The notes below the pieces were generated by a model. That model did no database searches and was not told the origin of the DNA. It was given only the letters and a program-made list of their open reading frames with translations. The position numbers and the translations under genes were made by a program. DNA of 61,675 nucleotides, the filler included, from Thelocarpon superellum (Eukaryota): the NCBI GenBank assembly GCA_026025795.1. It is 4 parts of 4 records of this genome, joined end to end, with 100 filler letters (N's around TTAATTAATTAA, not from the genome) between each part and the next. Parts side by side here need not be neighbours in the genome. Positions count along the whole stretch, not along the records: positions 1 to 15,628 come from JAPEUG010000408.1; 3 more parts are not named here. One strand, given 5' to 3'. Below, piece by piece: positions 1-12,600 of the stretch. Within the stretch, counting starts at the first letter, position 1. Every line of letters starts with the position of its first letter.

Positions 1-3000
1 GACCAGGATGGCGCGCCCGTGCCGTTCAACTAGAACATGGAGATCCGGCCCCAAGGCTTCCTTGTATGACGCGGTTACGGCCGCCAGGTCGACAATGCAG
101 CCAGAGCGATAAGTCACGCACGCGACGCTGGCGGATTTCGACCGGGGTAGGTACGTTCTTGACCGAAGAGGCAGTGTCCCAGAAGGACGGGGGGGGGGGG
201 CGCTAGAAGGATTGAGACGGCCACGCGAGGGCCTTGCTTGTTGGTTCTTCGTTTTGGTACTTTGTGACGGTAGACATTTTGCCTTGGTGCACGAGTACTC
301 ACCCTCGACGCTATCGTCGGCCAGTAAAAAGGTCCTCCGTGATCCTGTGAGCTCATCTTACCTCCCAGTCGGTCCTGCTCCGCACCTCGGAGCCCTAGGG
401 GCCGCGGAGGTGGAAGGACGCATCCTTGGAAGATAAGCGTGTTACTACCGCCGACCTCTCGCCCCGACTCGGCTCGGGACATTTCATTTGGTCGTGAAAC
501 AATTTGGGGCAGGGCAGCAGGCATACCAATCACGACTTCGCGGCGACAAGCCCGATAGATCCCTCTACCATCCACCATCCATCGGTGTTTCATTTTGTGT
601 GGATCTCTGCACGTCACGCGACAAAGTCTCTCGTCGCGTCCGCCGGCTGGCCGTCGCTCCTCCTCAGCCTTACGACATGGCCATCAAATTTCTTCTTATC
701 TCGTCGTAAACTCTGTTTGGCTTCGAGCCAGACGGCTAGGTCAGATAAGTCATTCGACCCCAACCTCGAACCATGGTCTCCTCTGGGCGCCGCCGACGGT
801 GGCAAAGACTGTCGCATTTACGGTGCTATCCGACCACTTCCTCTTAGCCATGTTCGCCCGCTCCTCTTCAAGCCGACGATGTCGCCATCGAGCACCCAAG
901 CCTGTTACCTCGTTTCGCTTATCATTGGCGTTACCTTTGACGCTGTGCCATGATCGTGACCGTACCTGATGCTGCCGTGCGTGGCACATTCCTTCCGCAT
1001 TTAGCCTCGTTTGCCACCATCTGCCTTTGATGATCATGTGAGGGGTGAAACAGAAATCCGCCTGGTCACTCTGCACCGCCCTCCACGGACGTAAGACTGT
1101 CGGGACGTAAGACTGTCGTTCTACTCGTGCCGGCGTCACTTCTCGCAACCATCTCGCTCCGTCAGATCTGGTCCTCCTGGGCTTGGACGAAGCCGCTTCA
1201 CGATTCCCACGCTGACCGGCCCACCAACCCCACAATTACCAGTACCGGATGCTTCCTCGGGCTTCCACCACGGCTATGCCCCGACGCCATTACGTGACGA
1301 ATGATAACAGTTGGTCTGTGCCCTGCTGAAACCGTTCCACTACCCATCTCGCCACCCTGATTGGTCCATGCCCGTCCTTCAACGGGTTCCTCCTCGGTTC
1401 TTCGCCGCGATATTGGCGCGTCCGTGACTCGAGCAGCACCGCCCGTCGCTCGTGGCCGTCTCCGCCCACATCAAGCGAGTGCACGCCTGTGGCTGGGTCC
1501 GAGCTTCGTGCGGCCCACATCTACCATACTGGTACGCGGCATTTTCTGCTAGTCATCATTTCCGCGAGCCGGGTGTGTCGCTAGCTCATACTGTTATCGA
1601 CGAAACAATGCTCGTCGCAGAAACTTCGACCCGATCCTGCAGCGCCTCTTGCTGTCCTTTGGACGTGATCCCGATCGCCGATCACTCTTTTCCCGCTGGC
1701 CCATGCTTCTTTCTCTTCCATGAAGAAGCTTCGTGAAGCTTTTCGGTAGGAGCCGTCGCGAACGCCACCTCGTGGAAAGAATATGACGGACGTATTGTAG
1801 TCCCGGCTCGTATAGACGACATTCGCCCGCAGGAGTTGTTTTGAGCATCGGTAAACCACGGATGCCGCTCACAGTCTTATATCTAAGAGAAGGCTGTGGG
1901 TGTAAATTGGCATTCTTACGGCTAATTCTGCAGGTCGACATGGTACGTAGCTCTTGATTATCTCGATAAGTCTCCTAAAGCGAATTCATCCTACGAGTGG
2001 CAACATCATCCTGATCCTTTTCTTTCCACGAGCCATATATAGACGCCAAGAAACGCGTTCGATGCTAGCTTCTACATTACAACCAGCTGGTACCCCATGA
2101 CAGGCAATGTTATGGACGTGCAAGTCAACCAACAGAGGTTGACACTATATTTTCTTTCGCTCACAAGCTCACCGCGGTCGATATCAAGCTGATCTCCGTC
2201 CAACAGAACTCGGACGCTTATATTCTCCTTGCCGTGGTGGAGAGCAAGCAACCGGAGCTCCTCTATGCTCTCAAGGCAGGTCATCGACAGCCTTTCAAGC
2301 ATACCACGAGACTGGGTGCTCAATGAGCATGCTCGATTTCAAGACCACTCTACGTCGTGAGATTCAGATGGTGAGCCAGTCACGCAGTGGCATGACTCAA
2401 GGAACGAAGCCAATTCATTCTGCTCGGTGAGCTCTTTCTACTCAAGGCTCGACCACGCGGCGAGAGGAACCTGCAGTTAGTCATCTCACGATCCATCGAC
2501 ACACCACCATCCAAGACCTCGAAACGACAGAGGACGTCTTTACCAGCAAGCCGCGCAAGATCAAGTTCCTTACCGTCCCTGGTGCTCTAAGCTGTCGTCA
2601 CGTTGACATCCTTCACCAACCAAATTCAGGCTTTGCCCTGGCGATCATTTCAAGATCGACTTTCATCCGGGTACTAAATAGAGCAAGAACATGCGGAGAG
2701 CCCTCGCGTCTTTCTTCCTGCCCTAGGTGTAGGCGAAATCAACATCGTCATATTCTGTCTTCCCGTCGCCCTTCCATTTAGAAAGGCAAAGAGATACTAG
2801 AGAAGGATATGCTAAGACTCTTGTGGTCAATGACAACTCTGTTCTTATGGTTTCACCATCGTCGGATGGCGAGCACAGGATATGGATGGACAAGACAAGA
2901 TATGTCTTGAAGCTCAAGTATAGCTTGAGCGCGAGCCGGACAAGCTGAGAGATCGCGATAGGAACCTTGGGGATGCGTTCAAAGCCAGATGATCGCGACG

Positions 3001-3322
3001 AAGAGCTTGAGAGGTTGGACGATGCTGGGTGACCGCGGCGAGGAACTTGACGGGCTCCTTGACGCCGAGACAGCGATTGCCATGAGAAATTCGATGGTTT
3101 GAAAGTTTTGAGTAACTCGACATGGAAAATCTCGAGTATCCATAGTATAGAAGCAATAGGTCATGGCGACGCCACAAGGCTCCCTATTCTACACTATGCC
3201 ATTGGATACGGGTATGGTAGAGCTGAGCGCCAACGGTTACCAGAAACTTTGAGGACGCCATTTGTAGAGGGCTATATATTGCGCTTTTCGGGCCCTTGAT
3301 GATACAGTGAAAACTGTGAGCA

Positions 3323-3415
3323 GCATCAGTGGTTTAGTGGTAAAATCTGTCGTTGCCAATCTGTTCCTGAACAGAAAGTATCGACAGGCCCCGGGTTCGA
3401 TTCCCGGCTGATGCA
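3323..3415 (+). tRNA. tRNA-Gly(GCC) with a 22-nt intron (3359-3380)
   Basis: Acceptor stem GCATCAG/CTGATGC plus discriminator A. A-box TGGTTTAGTGG. Anticodon stem TGTCG/CGACA with anticodon GCC at 3355-3357. T-arm CCGGG TTCGATT CCCGG. The insertion sits one base 3' of the anticodon, the canonical 37/38 intron position. Confidence 0.96.
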
Positions 3416-3805
3416 ATCAATTTCGATCGAATTCTTTTGCATTTCGATTGCTCGAATAGGAGCGATGCTCTTTTGCCCATGCACGATCCATGAGGAACCG
3501 ATTGGGAGATAGCCACCATGATATCTACTCAAGGAGAGGGTGGAGAACTTTTTGTCCACATGCAGGAACAAGGTCGATGGGAATGGGGCAGAGTTGACTA
3601 GAAGCAGACCTTGAATGCGGCCACACGCAATGACGCGAAAATGGGTCGGAAGTGTCCGTGCCTCGGCTGTGCGAGGGGTTCACCTCGGCAGCCGCCGGTC
3701 CAGCAAGCACCTCTAAAATGTAGCCGGCACGCGTTCGCGCCCACATCGCAAGTTCGTATGGACGGACTGGACATCGAGTCAGAGCCCAAAAAGCGCTGAT
3801 TTGCA

Positions 3806-4706
3806 ATGTCACGCTCAAAGCCTCCCAAGGTCTTACTATTCGACATTGGAGGAGTGTGCGTGGGTGCTCCCCCCCCACCTCGAACGATAACCAACACTCT
3901 CATCGCCCACCTCCTTGGCTAACAAGTCCTCCGACCATTAGGTGGTGTCGCCATTTCAGGCCATTCTCGACTATGAGACGGGTCACGGCATTCCACCTGG
4001 TTGGGTCAATTTCTGTATTTCCCGGACCGCACCCGATGGAGCCTGGCACAAGTTGGAACGTGGAGAGACTAAGATGGACCGCAATTTCTTCGCGGGCTTC
4101 AAGCGTGACCTGCATCGAGAGGTCTTGTGGCGCGACTTCTACCCGCGAGCGGTGACGACGCATCCGGGCGTACCAGAAATCTCCATCCCTGCAATGCCAG
4201 ACATCGACGCGGAATGGCTCTTCTGGGAGATGATGCGCGTCTCTCAAACCCCAGATCAGTGGATGTATCCGGCGTTAAAACGTCTACGGGCGTCGAAGCG
4301 ATTCCTCTTGGGGGCACTCTCTAACGCCTACATCTTTCCGCCAGGCCATCCCTACAATGAACGGAAGCCTGACGACGTAAGAGATGTTTTTCACGTCTTC
4401 ATCTCGAGCGCGCATGTGGGGCTGCGGAAGCCAGACCCAAAAATATACCATCTTGCGGTGGGTGAACTTGATCAGTATGCACGGAATCACGCCCAGCAAT
4501 CGAATCCGGACTTGGGCTGGGCGGATGGAGTCACGCCGCAGGATGTCGTCTTTCTTGACGACATTGGTGCCAATCTCAAGACGGCGAAGCAAGTGGGCAT
4601 GCGCACCATCAGGGTGCACCTTGGTAAAGGATTGGACGCGGTGAAAGAGCTCGAGAAGATCACGGATCTCGGGCTGGTGGAAGATAACCATAATTCAAAG
4701 CTTTAA
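3806..4706 (+). CDS. HAD-superfamily hydrolase (soluble epoxide hydrolase N-terminal / ACAD10 HAD-domain-like) with C-terminal PTS1
   Basis: Exon 1 3806-3859 (MSRSKPPKVLLFDIGGVC, HAD motif I). Intron 3860-3941 (GTGGGT..CTAAC..TAG). Exon 2 3942-4706 carries ALSN (motif II), GLRKPDPKIY (motif III) and FLDDIGANL (motif IV). The protein ends NSKL. Confidence 0.9.
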
Positions 4707-5258
4707 GCGCATTCTCCGAGCTTCTATGTAACAAGATCCAGTACATCTCGCCGAGCTCATCGCTTGGGTGAATCGCTGCAAGACCACCACGTGTCGGCAA
4801 TTGACGCGATGGCGGATGAGAAATCAACCACACCCGGACAGATATCATTCTCATTGGCATGGGGGAAACCCGGCCTGTAGATACTGATGCCGATCCTATC
4901 AAGAAACAATTATAGCAGCCAACGGAGGGGCACGTAATTTGCACCTCCACCAACCGTAAGAAGTGCAGTACGCGCTGGGTAGTCATTTTGCAGGGAATGG
5001 ACGATTCGTCATGAACGGTCGAGCAAGATGACGCCAATTCGGATCAACACTAGGTTCGTCCAGGCGCGGCACGTGACACCGTTCCAGGGGGAGCGGTGCA
5101 ACTCTTGGCGGTGGCCCGTCCCCCACCTCGTCTTAATCGATTGTGTGACTGCGACTTTCAAATAATCTAAGCGAACAATCCACAGTCCTTTTAGCCTACG
5201 ACTGCTCATTCCGCTCCTCACTTCTACAATCGTCCGTCATCGACACCACACGGTCAAG

Positions 5259-6373
5259 ATGGTAAGTTCGTTCGCAACCTCCCTGCTCATGGTGCCTCCA
5301 CGGACAAATTCCGCGGGGAGGATCGGTCCATACCGACGCCGGAGTCCTTGCAAGTTGCTTCGGACGAGGACATCTGAAGCGTCAAATGCTGACTCGTGGT
5401 GGTCTTGCAGCCGTTCACCAAAGAAGTGAAGAGCTCGGCCTACTATAGGTATGTCGTGCAGACTCTCCTCATAGGTCCGTGGTGAGCTCGTGGTGAGCAG
5501 ACGCTGACGCGGGACGGCAGCCGCTATCAGACCAAGTACAAGCGTCGTCGGGTGGGGAAGACGGATTACTACGCCCGCAAACGCCTCATCACCCAAGCCA
5601 AAAACAAGTACAATGCGCCCAAGTATCGCCTCGTGGTACGCTTCACCAATCGCGACATCATCGTCCAGATCGTAACCTCGGAGATTACGGGGGACAAGGT
5701 CTTCTGCGCGGCCTACTCGCATGAGCTCAAGAAGTACGGCGTCGAACATGGTCTCACGAACTGGGCAGCCGCCTACGCCACAGGCTTGCTGCTGGCGCGA
5801 CGGGCGCTGAAGAAGCTCGATCTTGACGAGGCCTTCCAAGGCATCGAAGAGGCCGACGGCGAGTTCAAGATGACCGAGGCCGCGGAGGAAGACGGGCGGC
5901 GACCGTTCAAGTGCTTCCTCGATGTCGGACTTCACCGGACCTCGACCGGAGCGCGCATCTTTGGCGTGATGAAAGGCGCGTCGGATGGTGGGCTGTACAT
6001 CCCGCATTCGGAGAACCGTTTCCCAGGCTACGACATGGAGACGAAGGAGCTCGACGCCGAGACGCTGCGCAAATACATCTTCGCCGGCCACGTGGCCGAG
6101 TACATGGAGACGCTCGCGGACGACGACGAAGAGCGATACAAGTCGCAGTTCCAGGGCTATATCGACGACGACATCGAGGCCGAGGGGCTGGAGGAGCTGT
6201 ACCAGGAGGCGCACAAGCAGATCCGCGAGGACCCCAACAAGAAGGAGGAGGGCGCGGAGAAGAAGGACAAGGCGGAGTACAAGAAGGAGTCGCTCAAGTA
6301 CAAGACCAAGAAGCTCAGCTACGACGAGAAGCGCGAACGCGTGAAGAGCAAGATCGCCGAGCTCAAGGATTAG
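5259..6373 (+). CDS. RPL5: 60S ribosomal protein L5 (uL18)
   Basis: ATG micro-exon 5259-5261, intron 5262-5410, exon 5411-5448, intron 5449-5520, exon 5521-6373. Product [57 protein letters not shown]... with strong C/G-ending codon bias. Confidence 0.99.
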
Positions 6374-8439
6374 GCGCGTTGGCGAGTCGGACCAGAGGGG
6401 GCCGCTACGGGAGCTGGGGAAGGGGAGAGGGATGCTCGGTTTCAGCGTGCCGGCTTGAGCACGGGGGATCATCAGGATTCGGGCATGTTTGCTTAGCTAG
6501 CTACCAAATGCTCGAGCACCATGGCCACAATGCGATTCTCTTTAATTCAACCCGCGGTTATAGGCGGCACGCGCGGGTCTCCATCCAAGTCTGTGCGGGG
6601 ACAGCGCTCAAGATTGTCACGACTCAGGCGTCGATGACCAGTAAGAAATGCCGCGCTCGGTACCTGAGTGCCGAAGGCCGAGTGGCGGGGAGGCGGGGGT
6701 CCACAGTAGCTCAGGCAGGACCCTGGCCAGTAGACTCGCACTGGTAAATCGTTCGTGCCGCGCCCTTTTGGCCCCTGCATTAGAGCCTTCCCCTGTCGTA
6801 TGGTCTTAGATCGAGTCCAGCGGGTCGGAACGGGACTGATCTCAACTCGATGCCATCCTTTGGACAGGCCCTTTCATCTATCCGATCCAGCTGCTATAAG
6901 CATCGGGGGAAGAAGTTGCGTCACGGCATATTCCAATTCCATCCGGAATGCCCGCCACCCCTTGCCTCGCCGCTGCTGATCCTAATTTTCGTCTACCCGT
7001 ACTGTTTGAGCAGGTTTTCGGTTCCAGTGTCCAGATCAAGGAGCCGTTCACGGACGTTCACGGGTACCCCTTCGTACGCTTAAGTTCGTCGGGCCGGCCA
7101 CGGGTAAAGACCTAAGCGTACCATTGGGGGTGGGGGGTGGGAGTAGACTCGACCCGGTGACTTGGGACTTTCCCTCCAGATGCCCAATTCCCCAGACCCC
7201 TCCAAGTACGCTATCGCTACATAGCGATGTCACGCAGTGAAAAAGTAGTCTATCCGGATAGATAGAGAAGCTCTGGCGATGATTTGGGAGGGGAGGTGAC
7301 ACGGCCTGGGTAGATGGGACAAGCCGCCTCGTTAGGGTCAGGCGGATCAAGGGTAGCGGCTGGATCCAGCGCAAGAGTCGGAAGACCCCACTTTTGAATA
7401 GGGCTTGGGGGCCGTCGTGCTTTTGTTAGATATTGAAACTCACCGCTGGTGTACCACGTTAAGTAGCGGCGCGCCAGCGGCCAGCCAGCAACAGGGGCAA
7501 AGGCCGTTCAATTACGGATGAAGTAAGCAAAGGGGCGTGAGCTTGTGGTATGAGTTGCGGTATGAGTTGTGGGGAACTGCCACCACCAGATGACGTATGG
7601 GGGTAGCATTTGTCCATTTGTCAGGATGACCAGAAGGACTCACGCAGCATCGGCCTGCCTGGCAAAGGGCGATAACCGTGATTCCTCCGGCCCCGAGGGA
7701 AACGCTGTTCCATCTGAGCCACGGCGGCTTGGCGCCCGAGGTGGCAACACAGGTACAACGGCTTACGGATGGCTCGGCAACTTTCGCAACCGATCACACT
7801 GGTCGTCAGGCCTGGCGGCCACCCGTGGCTCGGCGAATGAGGCACATATGGCAGTTGGGGAGCCGACCAACTGGGGAACTCCCAGGCTCGTGCGACCGCA
7901 ACATCCGCGCCCTGATCAGCCTTCCGTTCGGCGTCAGAGCCTCTCGGTACTTGGATGAGAATGGGAGACGTCGCAACGTAAGGGCTGCATATATCGCAGA
8001 GTTGCAGTGTGACGTCCAAGTGGAAGACGATGCGTTTATGGCTGAAAATCATTCGTGTCTCCCGCCAACGACGGACCAATACGCCCGAGGTCCTCGACAA
8101 GACTGGTAGATTCTAGAGCGACCGTCACACGCGCCGCTGCCATTAGTAGAGGTGGTGTGGGTGGGACGAAGTACTCCGTACCACCTCCAGAACAGGCCGA
8201 GCTGCCCCCCTCGCCAGCGCTCATCGGCCAGCTCCCCCCGCATCCATCCCCCCCTTCCTGCGCAGTCGGTACCGGGTACCACACCCACAACGGCGTTGGG
8301 AAGAGAGCCTCCCTTCGCGCTCATGGAGAGCTAATTCCCCGCGGTCGCCGTCGCGCGCATCTCGTCGACTTCATCACCGCCGCTCTTCCGTCTGGGCTCG
8401 ACAGACCCGCTCTCAGTCGTTGCATGGTCGTGAGAAAGC

Positions 8440-11400
8440 ATGGAGAGCGCGCGCAGTGTCGACGTCAGTTGGCTGCATCGTTCATTTCCGCGCAAAGGTG
8501 AGTGTGCAGCCGCAGAACGCCCCTCTTCCTCTGTCGGTCCCCGTCGACTCGTTTGAGCATGATCAACCGGCTTGCCCGACCGAAACCTCATTTGTCGTGT
8601 CTGCGGACGAGGTGCTTCTTGCCCACCGTGACCTCTTCCTATTCACCATCATCTCTTTTTACCCACCATCGACCCTTCTCACCCCCCATCGCCTCTTCTT
8701 ACTCTTCACGACCTTACCCCACTTCCCTACTATTCGGAATAGCATCCTCGATCCTGCCCATATCATTTACCTTGTCTTTGGATGAGTTGCTTTCTTGTTT
8801 AGTCAACCTCACCTCGATTTCCTGCTATTCATAGAGTCATCCGGCACTTCATACCGGTAGAATCATGATCAAGATCAAGATCGCAAAACTAATCAGTCGG
8901 CCCAGGCCATCGGCCGCAACCGCTTCACTCCACACCGGCCTCGCACGGATTGCCGCACGTTGAGAGCTCTCCGCCCACATCCTCCGTCGGGCTGCCCACA
9001 ACTCCCGTGAATCCAGAGCCGACATCCACACACGGCGGTCACACGAATGGCACAAGCAACGGCGCTACTCCAAATGGGAGTCCCACCGCCGCCCAACTCT
9101 CGCTGCATACCCTCCACAATTCCTCATACTCCCCCCGCGCCGGCGCCTCTGACAAACCCATGGCACCCGCCTCGATGCCAAGGTCACCCGCCGGTACCCC
9201 GCCCACAGAGTCACCATCGGCATCCTCCGCGAAGAAGAGCTCATGGATCTCCGGCATCACCTCGAAGTTCTCGACCGCCCAGTCGCCGGGTGCGAGCAAC
9301 AACATCACGTCGGCCCGCTCCAAGACCTCTCCAGAGAGAGAGATGCCTCCACCGCCACAACGTCGTGCCTCATTAACGGAAGCCACGCCATTACCGAAAG
9401 ATGAGTCGACACCCTACATCCCGGCAGCACCTAAAACAAGCCACCCCTCCTTCTTTCAAAACGCGCTGCGGAAGCTGTCCACCTCGTCGGGCCAACTGCC
9501 CACGATGATGCGGTCTGGGGGCAGTGGCGGGCTCTGCGAGCGCCGCGTCATGAACAAAGACCCGCATCGCGTGCGGAGTCGACTAGGGCAGGTAGACGAG
9601 CACAAGCTACGTCGCGTGGCCTTCTGCGTCGACGTCGAGGTCGCGGGAGGTCCACGTGCCTCGGGGGACGAGCGCATCGGCGACCCGGACAAAAAGAAGC
9701 GTGCCAAGAAAATCAAAGAACAGGGCGAGGGCCAGGCGTTGAAGAATCCTCAAAAGGCCGAGGAAGAACTGAAACAGGATGGGATGGTCCGGATTGGGGA
9801 CAACACGGTCGAGAAGGTCGACGCCGCCGACGAACCGATACAACCGCTCAACGAGGTTATCCCCACGGAAGCGACCAACCAAGCGACCAACGACCCGCCC
9901 AATGAGACCAAACCGAATGAAGAGGTCAATAAGAAGAAGGAAAAGAAAAAGCGATCCGAGGAGGAGCGAAAGGAGCGCAAGGAACGAAAGCGACAGCTCG
10001 CCATCGCCAACGGCTCCGTACCACTCGAAACGGTCCGCAACGATGACAGCTCGCCGGGGACTAGCCCACAGGAGGCCGCTGGGCCGCGACCGCAGGTGCA
10101 GCCGACCACCGACCCGGTGCGCATCTACCGTCGCTGTTGCCAATTGCGCGAGACCCCCGTCCTGCGCAAAATCACCGAACAGCTGGCGGTCCAGGCGGCG
10201 CTACCCGACATCACTCCAGGCGTCGTCTGTACGCTGGACCTCTCGGGATACTGGATGCACCTTGCCGACATCACGACCCTGGGCGACTGGCTGGCCGTCG
10301 TGCCCGTCCTGAAGCTCAACGTCGACAACTGCGGGCTCGGCGATGAGGGCATCCGCATCATCCTAGCCGGTCTCTTAGCCGCCAAGTGGCCGGGCTCCTC
10401 GCATTGCCACCACGTCGCCACGATGACGGCACCCCATACGACAAATGATTCAGCCGTCTCGCCACGACCGACAGGGGTGATAGAAAAGCTTTCTTTGAAG
10501 AGCAATGCCAACATTGGGATCGAGGGCTGGAAGTACATCTGTCTCTTCCTCCATCTGTCAACCTCCATCAAAGGCATCGACGTCTCGGGGGTTCCTCTCC
10601 CTTCCATACCACCGATGTCGAACGGATCGGCCCCGTCGACGAACAAGAAAGCGAAGCCGCCTGCGGTGGATATCTCAAGCCTCCTAGGGCAGGCGTTGTC
10701 CACGCGGGTCGCCGGACCGCATCTCGACGAACTCGTGCTGTCCGAGTGCCGCATGCAAGCCGACCAGATCGCAAACATCCTCCACGGCGCCACAAGGTGT
10801 CAGCTGAAACGCATCGGCTTCGCCGGCAACAATTTGACAGAAGCTGGCTTGCGCCATGTCACGCGGTACCTCCAGGAAGGCATCTGCGAAGGCCTAGATC
10901 TGGGCGGTAATGTGCTCACCGATCTCATCCATGTGATCGCCGAGGCCATTGATGACACGAATCCACTGTATGCCCTGAGTCTGGCCGATTGCCGCCTCAA
11001 CCCGGCATGCTTGGCCAAGCTCTTCCCCGCCTTGGTGGCGCTCCCGAACTTCCGCTTCATCGATCTGTCGCATAATCACGACCTCTTCAATGCGACTCCC
11101 AATGCCTTATGTCTGCTCCGGAAATACCTGCCCAAGATGCAGAGTCTGAAACGGATTCACCTGGCGGACGTGGATTTGACGACCGACTATGCCATTGCCA
11201 TTGCGGAGATTCTCCCAGAGAACCGCACGTTGGCCCACATCAACCTGCTCGACAACCCGAAACTGTCGGCCCTGGCCCATCCCACCAACGAGGCGAGCCA
11301 AGAGGAGGCATGCGCCTTGTACGCCTCGTTGATGGCAGCGGCGAGGGTGTCGGAGGCGTTGATCTCCGTGGACATTGAGGTACCGGGTCACGAAGCCAAC

Positions 11401-12600
11401 GAGATTGTTCAAGCGCTGGCCAAACAGATCATGGCGTATTGTCTGCGCAACCTGGAGGCCGGTCCGATCGCGGATATTGCCACCGCGGCCGACTTGACGA
11501 TCGATGGCCGCGAGGGTGCCAAAGCGGTCGTCGTGCCCGATGTCTTGTTGCATCTCGTGGGCCATGTGGATGGCGCTGTTGGCGACGTGCCCGAGGATGA
11601 GCCGGCACCCAACGATGACTACGTGATCAGCGGTACCGCTGTTGCCAAGGCCTTGCACATCTGTCTCGCAGGCAAGGACGTCGATGGGCAGACCGTCTCG
11701 ATTGACGGCTCGGGCGTGGGTAGCGGTCAGGCTACACCACGCGCCGTCTACCGCGGCGACGCCGTGGCGGGCGGCAAGGCGAAGGACATGTCGAAGAATC
11801 TGTTGGGCAGCGCGCGCAAGATCCGGGCAAGACTCAAGACGGCCTTGGTCCGGGAGCGGCGGTCGGGCAACGACGAAACCTATCGTGAGTGGTGGCTTTC
11901 CCTGCGTGATGTCGGCCCTTTAACCTGGCGTGTAGGTCGCCTGGCCTATCTCGATCAAAGTTTGGAAAACACAATCTTGCGGTTCGAGGCCGAGTACCCC
12001 GAATGCCGCCTCCCCCCCGACGAGCCGCAGCCGACGGCGGTGGAGGAGGAGCAGGAGCCGTCGTCGTCATACGAGAGCACATCGGCCATCAGCAGCTCGA
12101 CGGCGCCAACATCCATCATCCCCGCCTCGGAAGACTCGGACGACTCTGGCGCGGTGAAGCTTCGGCGGAATGCGTCCGACGCCTCGCTCGCGGCCCGCGC
12201 ACAACTCCACGAGGAAGGACACATCCACCGCGTGGGACAACACATCCGGCGCGGCATCCTCGGTCCACAGTCGACCGACCAGCATGGCACGACAGGTAAC
12301 GAGCAGGAGGCGCAGTATCTTCAAGTGCTCCGCGAGCGACTCGAGACCGTCGGGGGCGACAAGCTTCGCGAAATGGCCCTCTCGGGAGGCGGCATCGACG
12401 CCTTTCTAGAGCTACTTGGCACCAACATCCAGGAATTACAAAATTGCGCGCGCGATGATCCCGAGGGCTTTGAACAATTCCGCATCGCACAGGAGCTTGC
12501 GCAGAAGAACGCCTTGGAGTCTTCCCACAGGGACAGGTCGAACGTCGCGGTAAGCGGAGGGAGCGGAGAAGAGTCCGATGGCGGCAGCAGTGCTTCTTGA
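8440..12600 (+). CDS. MHP1: Mhp1-like (MAP-homologous protein 1) RNI-type leucine-rich repeat protein, putative PP1/Glc7 interactor
   Basis: Exon 1 8440-8497 (MESARSVDVSWLHRSFPRK) ends at donor GTGAGT. A long intron runs to acceptor 8905 (or 8896). The main ORF contains LRRVAFCVDVE, PTTDPVRIYRRCCQLRETPVL and LRR units (LDLSGY, LSLKSN, LDLGGN, IDLSHN). A probable 51-nt intron at 11885-11935 restores YRRLAYLD. Confidence 0.82.

Noticed and set aside
5262..5410. Intronic snoRNA in the longer RPL5 intron
   Set aside because: CTGA is present, but there is no box C (RTGATGA), terminal stem or H/ACA layout.
5237..6472. 411-aa minus-strand ORF, and similar long shadow ORFs at 25215-26435, 40399-41340 and 23387-24517
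   Set aside because: These are antisense or alternative-frame shadows of real genes, caused by GC-rich codon bias. They have no recognisable motifs.
7569..8109. ORFs between RPL5 and MHP1
   Set aside because: Short ORFs with non-ATG starts, no motif and no codon bias like the neighbouring genes.
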